From: Macrostomum hystrix
Taxonomy: Eukaryota > Animalia > Platyhelminthes
Direction of reading: 5' to 3'
NCBI GenBank assembly: GCA_950097015.1
Contig: CATNEN010000007.1
Span: 7,006,001-7,070,000, forward strand
Length of the DNA stretch: 64,000 bases
The notes under the pieces are model-generated. The model searched no databases. It saw only the letters and a list, made by a program, of their open reading frames with translations, and was not told the origin of the DNA. Every line of letters begins with the position of its first letter. Position 1 is the first letter of the stretch. A program made the position numbers and the translations under genes. Below are positions 12,790 through 26,528 of this stretch, in pieces.

Positions 12790-13755
12790 TCAGGCGGTGA
12801 AATGCAGCAGGCTGACATCGTAGGCATCGCCGGCTTCGTAGGCGGCCATGGCTGGCGACGCGGCTGCCAAACGTCGATAACGCAGGAAGGCCGCCGAGGC
12901 CAGCAACTCCGACAGGCGGTGCGACATGCCAGGAAGGCGGGCCAGGCCGCCGCTGCCGCCGCCTGCCTCTCCGGCTTCGTCACTGGCGATGGAGATTCGA
13001 GCCAGCGGATCGGCTGGGGAGCCAATGCTCGAGTTTGACGCGCCTGGGCGACGCCGCAGAATCTGCAGCGACTCGATGCCGAATTCCCGCCAAACTGGCG
13101 ACGGCTGCATCAGCACCAGGCGGACGGCGGCCACCCCCGTCACCGGGGCCTGCCAGTCCTGCTGGCCGAGGCGGAACTGGGCCAGGCCACCCAGCTCGCT
13201 GTGCAGATCGGGCATCAGGCGGCGGCGGTGGACGCAGGTGCGCCATTCGCCCGGCGTCGCCTGCGCGGATCGACGCCCGCCGGAGGAAGCCGAAGGCGGA
13301 GGCGGCTGCTGCTGCTGGGCGTAGCGGACGCGCACCGTGAGAAAGCCTGTGTGGCAGTTGCGAAACCGGATCTCGTCGATGTCGATACGACCAAGGCCCG
13401 GGAAGGTCACCTCCTTGATGATGCAGCCTGGAAGGTCAGCCAAATAACAGACTGTGCTCACGATGAGTCCCAAGGTAAGTGGATGAGTTGCAGACAGGTT
13501 AAAGCGTCTGGTAGGGGGCAGGCGAGGGGACAGAAATCGGCTAATCAGTAAATCAGTAAAAATGCTGCTTTTCACCCCCGTCAAACTGCTATTGCTTACT
13601 GACAGTGAATTGTGACCGTGATTCTGACAGCAAACCATTGAAGACCCTGTGATTACAAAAAGGATTTTGAATCAATTCGCACCTGATCCGGTCTGTTTGA
13701 CACCCTCGAGCTGGCAGGGATGCGGCGGTCCGACGCCAAGCGGTATAATGTCGGC
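12790..13755 (-). CDS. NICN1: Nicolin-1 (tubulin polyglutamylase complex subunit); no genomic start codon found
   Basis: Exons 13755..13683 (ADIIPLGVGPPHPCQLEGVKQTGS) and 13427..12790 join in phase 1. Motifs EVTFP, EIRFRNCHTGFLTVRVR, WRTC...LMPDLHSE, VRLVLMQPSPVW and the terminal YDVSLLHFT match nicolin-1. Confidence 0.9.
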
Positions 13756-13841
13756 CTGAAAAACAAATCTATGAAATTATTCTCAGCAACGATGGCTGTG
13801 TTATGACTAGCGGCAACAATGGCTAACAGGGGTGTTACTCG

Positions 13842-14790
13842 GAGACAGGGGAGAGATGAAACACAGAGATGATACAGGGAGAGATGAGACAGGGAGAGAT
13901 GAGACAGGGAGATATGAGACAGGGAGAGATGAGACAGGGAGAGATGAGACAGGGAGAGATGAGACAGGGAGAGATGAGACAGGGAGATATGAGACAGGGA
14001 GAGATGAGACAGGGAGAGATGAGACAGGGAGAGATGAGACAGGGAGAGATGAGACAGGGAGATATGAGACAGGGAGAGATGAGACAGGGAGAGATGAGAC
14101 AGGGAGAGATGAGACAGGGAGATATGAGACAGGGAGATATGAGACAGGGAGAGATGAGACAGGGAGAGATGAGACAGGGAGATATGAGACAGGGAGATAT
14201 GAGACAGGGAGAGATGAGACAGGGAGAGATGAGACAGCGAAGAGATGAGACAGGGAGAGATGAGACAGGGAGAGATGAGACAGGGAGAGATGAGACAGGG
14301 AGATATGAGACAGGGAGATATGAGACAGGGAGAGATGAGACAGGGAGAGATGAGACAGCGAAGAGATGAGACAGGGAGAGATGAGACAGGGAGAGATGAG
14401 ACAGGGAGAGATGAGACAGGGAGAGATGAGACAGGGAGATATGAGACAGGGAGAGATGAGACAGGGAGAGATGAGACAGGGAGAGATGAGACAGGGAGAT
14501 ATGAGACAGGGAGATATGAGACAGGGAGAGATGAGACAGGGAGAGATGAGACAGGGAGAGATGAGACAGGGAGATATGAGACAGGGAGATATGAGACAGG
14601 GAGAGATGAGACAGGGAGAGATGAGACAGCGAAGAGATGAGACAGGGAGAGATGAGACAGGGAGAGATGAGACAGGGAGAGATGAGACAGGGAGAGATGA
14701 GACAGGGAGATATGAGACAGGGAGAGATGAGACAGGGAGAGATGAGACAGCGAAGAGATGAGACAGGGAGAGATGAGACAAAGAGAGATG
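13842..14790. repeat. 15-bp minisatellite GAGACAGGGAGAGAT, about 60 copies, with periodic 16-bp variants
   Basis: Directly visible. It accounts for all the RDETG, MRQGE, SHLSL and CLISP ORFs. Confidence 0.97.
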
Positions 14791-15220
14791 ATTCTGATTG
14801 TGAGCATACTGAGCTTTACATAAAGGCATTAGACAATTTGGCAGTTTTGTTAAATTGGCCGAAAAATATTGCGTAGATTAGGAATTGTCTGTCAAAATTC
14901 TACAACCAGAGCACTTTATACAAAAAACGCTTAGCTTCAAAAATATTTCAAAAAATCAATAAACTAACTGCGAATTAGTGCTTTTGAAAAGGTGGCACAG
15001 CTTCACTCAAATGGACGGATTTATTTTTATTTCAGAGTAAAAAAAATTGAATGCAAAAAACGTAAATATTAACATGTTAAAATCACGGAAAACAAAAGGC
15101 ACAACGATTTATATAGATTTTTTTATATTAATAATTCCTAACTTCTAAGAACACACACTGGTTGGGATAGATTAGCAATCCATCGGACCTGCCCGTCCGA
15201 GTCGACAAATGCTGGAGTCG

Positions 15221-15510
15221 CTAAGGTGGCGGTAGAGCCCCCACAACCGGCGCCCGCAGCAGCAGGTGCCGCTTGGAACGCAGAAACTGCGCCTTGGCCT
15301 CGTCTGGCGCCACCTCGCAGGGCAGCGGGGCGCAGAGCAGCGGCGCCGCGGTCGAGCTGTCCGCGCAATTGTCTGGCAGGGCGCGGCGAATGGTCAGCAG
15401 CCGCGGCTCCAGGCGGACGTCGAGATCGGCGGCAGATTCGGCGACTTGGCCAACCATGACCCGCATGGTGAGGATGCGTTCAACTCGATTCAAAGAGGTC
15501 GTCAGCTCTA

Positions 15511-15542
<32 letters not shown>

Positions 15543-17000
15543 TGGCTTGCCTGGGCAGCTACTCGATCCAGCTCATTGGGAGGAAGCAAACCCCTGTTTA
15601 AAAAAATTGAAATCATGGAAACCATGGCATCAGCTGATTTGCAGCCACTCATCTGACGAGCGCTGATTGGCTGGAGCAACCATCGCCTTGCCAGCTTTTC
15701 TTACCCCTCTCCCGCTATAAAAACACATTCTCGCAGGGCAGGCAGTCGACACGCAGCCATAAGAAACAACAGATCTGCCCATCTGCCTTCTCTCAAATCT
15801 CAAATCTCTTAAATCTCAGATTCGAGCTCAGGAACCATAATGATAGAACACGTTACTGCCCCGCTCCTCACCCCATGCCTATGGCCCCCCCGCCTAAGTG
15901 AAGATTTGCAGCCCAACGGAGCTCACACAGCTGGCTGCTGCTGCAGAGGAGCAACAAGCGGCGCTTCCCGAGCCTGCGCCATCTGCGTCTGCGCCTGTAC
16001 CAGCTGCTGCAGCGCCAGGTCGCCCGCCTGGTAGCCGAGGGCCCGGTGAAGCGCCGCAACGAAGTTCGGCTCCGTAAACAGCGACTCAGTCGAAGTCGCC
16101 AGATAGTCGACGGCCCGATCGTCGTCCTGCAGATCGCCAGACTGCGGCTCGACGGAGGCGCGAAGCTGTTGGGCCAGGCAGTGACGTAGCGCGTGAGCCA
16201 CGAACCCGCGAGCGTCGGCATCGCGTGTCAGAGCCGTGGCCACGGCAGTCGCAGAAGGCGTGGAAGATGCTGACGATTCAGCCAGGCAGACGGCTGGCAG
16301 AGCCTGACGCAGAGTGTCGGCGTTGAAAGCAATCGGCAGAAGGAGGTCGTCCGGTAGCTGCCTGCATGGAAACGGCCGGCCGACGTGAGCACTGATGGTG
16401 GCGGACGGATCAGCCAGGTCGCAGCTGAGGGTGGTGGGTGAGACGCGAAGAGGCCATGCTTGAGAGCTGCGATGTGCCATCTGTCAAACTTGTACGCTCG
16501 TAGCTTTCACATGGATACAATTTTTATAATTAGGCAGAAAGTCCGCACTAACCTACTAATCAGTAGGCGGATAAGCGTATTGCCACATCAGCTCACCTCT
16601 TGACGCGACTCCAGCTGACGAAAACGACGACCAGGCGGGCTGGCGAGAAGCCGGTGGGAAAACCGACCGCAGGCTTGTGGCCTGCCTTCCCGCCGCCAGT
16701 GTCGACAACCTTCAGCTCGGCCAGGAGGCCGGCCAACAGGTGCTCTGAGTCGCCGCCATCGTCAGTTGAAGACGTAGACGACGGTTCTTCAGCGGCGACG
16801 TCAGCCAGCAGGCGGCCGAGCAGGTGCGGCGAGGCAACGCGGACGGCGACGGCGGCGCAGAAAAGCGGCCGTGGCGGCTCCAGCTGGCTGCGCCCGTCGG
16901 CCAGCTGCCGGTCGATGAAGCTGCGATAGCCGGCCGGGTCCTTGGCGGCCAGCTCGTCCAGCATCGCCCACAGTTGAGAGGCCTGAGCCTGCAGGCTCAT
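15221..17000 (-). CDS. PIH1D2: PIH1 domain-containing protein 2 (dynein assembly co-chaperone), about 438 aa
   Basis: Exons 17000..16597, 16466..15927 and 15593..15221 stay in frame. The N-terminal QLWAMLDELAAKDPAGYRSFIDRQLADG..PRPLFC matches PIH1D2 (QFWNLLDDLAQSDPEGYEKFIQQQLKEG). The C-terminal CS-like domain reads LPCEVAPDEAKAQFLRSKRHLLLRAPV. Confidence 0.88.
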
Positions 17001-18371
17001 GTCCGGCTGCGGGGGGCCATGCGGCTCTTCATAAGGAAAATATTTGCGCACTACTAAGAGTAGGTGGTCCCTTTATTTGGGTATCAAATAGCACAATTTA
17101 TAGAGGCTCGAAAGAGTATTTAAGAGACCACAAGTTAGAGATAAGATAGGGAGAAGGATAAAACAACAGAGATGAGACACGGAAGAGAAGAGAAACAATC
17201 TGGGAGATAGGGAAAAGAAAAAAAGGGGAAAACGAGACGCAATAGAGATTAGACACGAGAGAGCAGAGGAGATTTTAGACATTGTGTGAGATGAGATAGA
17301 GTGGACATGAGACAGTGTTGAGATGACACGGAGAGATGAGATAAGGCAGAGGTTTTGGAAGGAGCTTTGGAATGTTTCCGCAAACTATTATTTAACATGA
17401 AACTGTTAACTAAAAATGAAATTTTGTACACGGGATGCGTCTGCTTACAGTCGTGTTTACATTCAATAAATTGAAGTCGTATCACCCGTTTTAATGTGTT
17501 GATAAATTTCTGTTTAACAGCAGCACAGCCAAAACGATTGAATAAAAAACACAAGCATAGTGATGTCTTCATTTTTGGCAGACTATTACCAAAAAATCGT
17601 TTTCAGCTAAAAGCGGAAGTAAACATTTTTTTGTTAAGCAAAGCCGTTAACAATAGAATGGGAACGTAAAACCCGGAATATTTATGCGAACGCGAAACGT
17701 TTACGTAAACCCGGAATATTTGCACAAATATGCACAAAACGTAACAATTTTGCAAAAGCATTTTTTTCTGCCAGCTAGCTAAATCGTAGTTTATGACGAT
17801 ACAAGCTATTGCACATGCAAGCCTTAAGCTGCAGTCCATCTTGAGTCTAGTTCGTGGAACTAGGGACTTCTAAATCATAACATCTGGAAGTCTTCAAGTC
17901 TAGGCGGTGAATTTCGAGTGACTACCGCTGCAAGTACACAGCATATTTAATTCCCCCGAATAATTCAATAGAGGAATCAATGGCAAATATGAATATCATA
18001 CCCAAAACAATTGAGCTAGAAGAAACTTGCAAGAGCTTTGCGTGTAAGCACTGGAATGTTGTGAAGAATATTTACATAACGGCTAATGAGCGCCTGGAAT
18101 AAAAACTTGATTGAAAAAGGCTGCCTCAGAAAACTCCAAATCGATTTGGGCTTAGACACAAAATTAAATGGGAAATATTGATTGCACTGCGAGGCTAAAT
18201 AGTTTGAGAATAGCAATATATTCATAGCAGGAACCAATGCCCAACTTCTTCTTAACCAGCCTAAAGAAAGCAGGAAAATCGGAAAGACAGATCGTTGAAG
18301 GGTACGAAGGGGGGTCGGAGCAGAATCTCAATGCCAGGTAAGACTCCGCCACCTGTCTCTCCCCAGACAAA

Positions 18372-21401
<3,030 letters not shown>

Positions 21402-22278
21402 TACTTTTATCCGTCTATATTGCTTCTAGGAACTGAAACAGGGGTGTATTTAAAACAGAAAAGTGTTATGTCAAAGGAAAACAATTTCAATTACAACAGC
21501 CTGGCAAACTTATTGGAACATCGTGTTATATCAAGAAGACATTCTTTTCTTTGGAAATAAACTTTTCTAAAAAAATTAACTGCTAAAGAAATTTAAAAAC
21601 AAAAGTTAAAAGTAGTGTCAGTATTACTTTTTAATTTCTTTAATCATTTATAAGAAACAAAACAAAAAATAAAATAATAACTGAATATATTTTCCTTGTA
21701 TCTTCTTCTAGCTACACTGTAATTCAGATTTCAGAGAAATAATGCTTTTGAATATCATTTAATATCAATGGAATCTGCAAGTAAGTATGTAAAAAGTAAA
21801 AAGATTTGTAAAAAGCTATGCTATAAAAAGTTAAATACATTTTCATGATAGTCAAAAAGAAATGAATTATGTTTTGTACTTCATTGTATCAGAAGATTCT
21901 TAATTTAGGTAGTTTCTATGGAAGTTTACATACAATTTAAGTAAGTTTTTTCATTAGAAAAATAGAATGAGGCTTTGAAGCAAAAAAATAAATTCAGAAA
22001 GCTTTCAATGCGCAGCTGCGTCGCTTAATTACTTTTGTGGCATTTAAAAAAAATGCTTCAGCTTGTGCAACTTGAAAATCGATAGTGTCGCTGCTCTCCG
22101 AGAATAACAAAGTTTTGTTGTTTCTGCCTTATTATGTTATAAAAAGAGATAGAAGTTTAAAATTAAGTTTTTAACAACGTTTATATTACTGAAAATGTTG
22201 CACTTTGGATCTCTGCAAGCCGATTAAACTTGATTTTCTAATGTTGATTTTCTAAGAATTTCGATTCTCGTTCAGATA

Positions 22279-24368
22279 ATGTAATGGTTTCCCGATGGAT
22301 ATTCAGATTGATATTCGATTAATCAAAATTCTATAAAATTAAACAAACTCGGAGTGTCGACACTTTATATTCTCCATACAGCAACCGAGATATGATACCG
22401 TGTCAAATTTCTACCAAATTGGACTGGTAGTTTCGGAGATAATCACCTGTACGTGGTGCTCGCCATCTCTGTAATGTATTTCAATAGGCTCCATTGATAT
22501 TCGCAGGAGAGACACTTTGGCTTAATCCACACTGCTCACACTTTATATTCTCCATACAGCAACTGAGATATGATACCGTGACAAATTTCTACCAAATTGG
22601 ACTGGTAGTTTCGGAGATAATCACCTGTACGTGGTGCTCGCCATCTCTGTAATGTATTTCAATAGGCTCCATTGATATTCGCAGGAGAGACACTTTGGCT
22701 TAATCCACACTGCTCACACTTTATATTCTCCATACAGCAACCGAGATATGATACCGTGACAAATTTCTACCAAATTGGACTGGTAGTTTCGGAGATAATC
22801 ACCTGTACGTGGTGCTCGCCATCTCTATAATGTATTTCAATAGGCTCCATTGATATTCGCAGGAGAGACACTTTGGCTTAATCCACACTGCTCACACTTT
22901 ATATTCTCCATACAGCAACCGAGATATTATACCGTGACAAATTTCTACCAAATTGGACTGGTAGTTTCGGAGATAATCACCTGTACGTGGTGCTCGCCAT
23001 CTCTATAATGTATTTCAATAGGCTCCATTGATATTCGCAGGAGAGACACTTTGGCTTAATCCACACTGCTCACACTTGATATTCTCCATACAGCAACCGA
23101 TATATGATACAGTGACAAATTTCTGTAATAATTTAAATTATTACAGAAATACAAATCACTGCATACCCCAATTAATTATAATTCATGTTGTTCAGATCGA
23201 ATGTCCATCCTGCCTTTATTGGTATCACGAGATCTGCGCTACGGTTGGCTCCATTTCGGCATCAGACAGTTACCGATCTGCTGAATTTGTCTGCAACACA
23301 TGTTTTAGCATGTTCGGCTCGTAGAGACAATTCACGAGATACTGAAGTCAAACTTACAGAACATATGTAGTGTTACAAATGCAAGTATTCTTACTAGTTA
23401 ATTTGCTATTTTTGTGCCCCAGCCTGTGTAAATGGATTGTTCTGCAACACTGAAATAGCAATCCATTCCGATTTTAGACGTGACTAGCAATGTTGTGCCA
23501 CATTCGGGACAGTCACATCCAAAAACCTTCAATAATAAAAAAATCCCTGCTGAAGTTTGCAAATTATCCCCCAGTCAGGTTTGCAGACATCCCTAAAACC
23601 GCTCTACAACAATCAGTGTTGGGCGCATTACTCGTTACTAGTTACCGAATTGGTAAAAATCGTTACTTTTTGAATCGTTACTTTTTCCCGTTACCATGGT
23701 CTGGAAACAAAAATGATAGTAACGAGTTGTTACCAAAAGTGTGCATTTTCATTTTCCTGTTACCGCTACCTGACATTTTTCGTACATGTCATATTTGAAA
23801 TTGAAATTGAAATACATTACAGAGATGGCGAGCACCACGTACAGGTGATTATCTCCGAAACTACCAGTCCAATTTGGTAGAAATTTGTCACGGTATCATA
23901 TATCGGTTGCTGTATGGAGAATATAAAGTGTGAGCAGTGTGGATTAAGCCAAAGTGTCTCTCCTGCGAATATCAATGGAGCCTATTGAAATACATTATAG
24001 AGATGGCGAGCACCACGTACAGGTGATTATCTCCGAAACTACCAGTCCAATTTGGTAGAAATTTGTCACGGTATCATATCTCGGTTGCTGTATGGAGAAT
24101 ATAAAGTGTGAGCAGTGTGGATTAAGCCAAAGTGTCTCTCCTGCGAATATCAATGGAGCCTATTGAAATACATTACAGAGATGGCGAGCACCACGTACAG
24201 GTGATTATCTCCGAAACTACCAGTCCAATTTGGTAGAAATTTGTCACGGTATCATATCTCGGTTGCTGTATGGAGAATATAAAGTGTCGACACTCCGAGT
24301 TTGTTTAATTTTATAGAATTTTGATTAATCGAATATCAATCTGAATATCCATCAGGAAACCATTACAT
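22279..24368. mobile_element. Foldback-type non-autonomous DNA transposon (MULE-like) with long TIRs built from 178-bp tandem repeats
   Basis: Termini ATGTAATGGTTTCC...GGAAACCATTACAT. A 9-bp TSD GTTCAGATA lies at 22270-22278 and 24369-24377. Left-arm units start at 22361, 22539, 22717, 22895 and 23073. The right arm (about 23805-24368) is the reverse complement, about 2.8 units. Confidence 0.9.
23196..23324 (+). pseudogene. PHD-finger-like exon fragment inside the foldback element
   Basis: After acceptor TTGTTCAG the frame reads IECPSCLYWYHEIC...FVCNTC, the C-terminal C-x2-C-x4-H-x2-C...C-x2-C part of a PHD finger. Confidence 0.6.
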
Positions 24369-26528
24369 GTTCAGATATAAAATTAGATCATTTTGCTTTC
24401 ATGGTGCACCCTACCTCCTTTCGGATCCTAGTCAACTCCGTTTCGTCAAATGGTTGACGAAGTGACCAGAATTAAGGGGTGCCCTAATTTGTAGTTGATG
24501 AAGTGACCGGAACTGCCAAGGATTAAAATCTGTGGTTGACGAAGTGACCAAGCTTTCTTGGATGTTTCGTCAACTAGTTTTCAACTAACCGCGAAAATGC
24601 ATCGTGACTATGTGTATGGCATGGGTTTACATGTACAACTGAAACGTGCTTGGTCATCGCTTACATTTAACTATACTAAAGGGGGTAAACCTTGCTACAG
24701 GGGCCCATTGGTTCTCTGCTAAAGGGGTGCAGTGTTCTTTGCTAAGTTTGTTCTCTGCTAAAAAATATAATTCTAAATTCTCAATTCTAATTCCAAAATT
24801 TAATTGGACAGCTGAATCAGGTGGAGGTTGTGCCAGAGGTGGTCAATGTCAGTGGTTGTAGCAGCGGAGGTTGTGACAGTGGAGGCTGCTTGCTTCTTAG
24901 TTGAACTGTATGCTCCTGATGCAGGTCCATTTAAGGAGCTTGTCTTTCTTGCTGAAATGTTAATAGAGGGCCCAGCAGTACAAGACTTCCCAAGAAGAAG
25001 CTACCAATGTTATTGAGTTTATCCTTGTTGCAGAAGGTACTATATACTTTATAGTAGGCCCCTACCTTATAATAGCAAGCAGAAGCTATTCTTTATTCAG
25101 TGCTTCATGGGCCAGGGAATATGTTTTAGGGATAAATGTAGTAAATAATAAAAGCATATATATTAATATATACTATATGCCTTTTATGCCTACACCATTC
25201 CATTCTTGACTACAGATCACTAAGGCTGAGTATGCAGTATAGTATATACAGCAGTATATCAAGTATGTATAGTTACTGTATAATCGGCTAGTTAATAAAG
25301 TGACCAGCACCCCTTCTGCCTTAGTAGTCTTAGTAGGCAGTCAGTTAATGTGTTTGGTGCTTCTTGGTTTATAATTATTATATACAGTACAGGCAATAGG
25401 GCAGGATTGATCTAGTATTAAGCACTAGGTCATCATCAGTGGCATTATAGCCTTACCTTTAAGGCAACTGTTGAATATCAATATTTTTTTACTTAAAAAA
25501 CAAAACCTAGATATGTTGTAATTGAAAATTTAATTTAACTTTTGTACTTATATATAAAACCATAACAGTTACTAGTTTTAATCAAAATCTATATCAAATT
25601 CAATATTAATTTCAATTCATACCAGCTGAAGATAGCTAAATAAGTGTTTAACTCTAAAAAATTAGCTACTGTAGGTCACTAAACTGTATTGTAGTCATTT
25701 TGTCAACTGCCATGTCTCAACTGGGTTGTAACTAATTTACTAAAGTTGGTCACTTCATCAAATAACCAACTAGGAGAGCCAACATGCTTAGGCCTATCAC
25801 TTTGTAAACACTATCATCATGCTAGAAATAACCATTTAAACATTGTCACTTTGTCAACTGAATGATAATTAGGACAATAGCCTTGTATAAAACAGTTGTA
25901 TAAAACCCACTAAAAATGATGTTTAAATATAATTATTTTTTATTATTATCATAATCTTTTGATTTCAACAGCATTATTGCATATCTATCCATATGCAATG
26001 CACAACAGGTGTAACATGCAGGTAATTATGTATTCTTCAGAGATTTTAATGGTAGATTAATACAAGGCTTTTTAGTGCATTAATGGTCTGTGCACATAGC
26101 CATAGACTATTAACACACAGAATCCTTGAATTAGGCCCATTATTTTATTGCCTATTCTTGCCATAGACTACCATTTTTGCCGTAGCATGCTTTTTTGATA
26201 GTGTAGTGTTAAAACACTTACAACATTTCTGTCAGGGCTCTGATGAAATGACTTGGGCTACTTTAGTCACTTTGTTGTGTTATATTAAACAATTTTTATT
26301 GGTAGACTCTTTCATCACTTAAAACTTATTTAATGATGAATTTGGCTATAAGATGTCAAAGATTTGATACCTAATTTAGAGAAAAGGACCTATATTCCTT
26401 TTTTCCATAGTCAAAATATTTCAGTTGTATATATTGGTTTTTAGTGCTAAATAATAAATACACATTTTGCACTACATGAGCTAATTATTGTATATGTATT
26501 ACAACATGCATGCACTAAATATTAACAG

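Noticed and set aside
13653-14876. Long ORFs of 130-384 aa with SHLSL, RDETG and MRQGE repeats
   Set aside because: They are translations of the 15-bp satellite in several frames.
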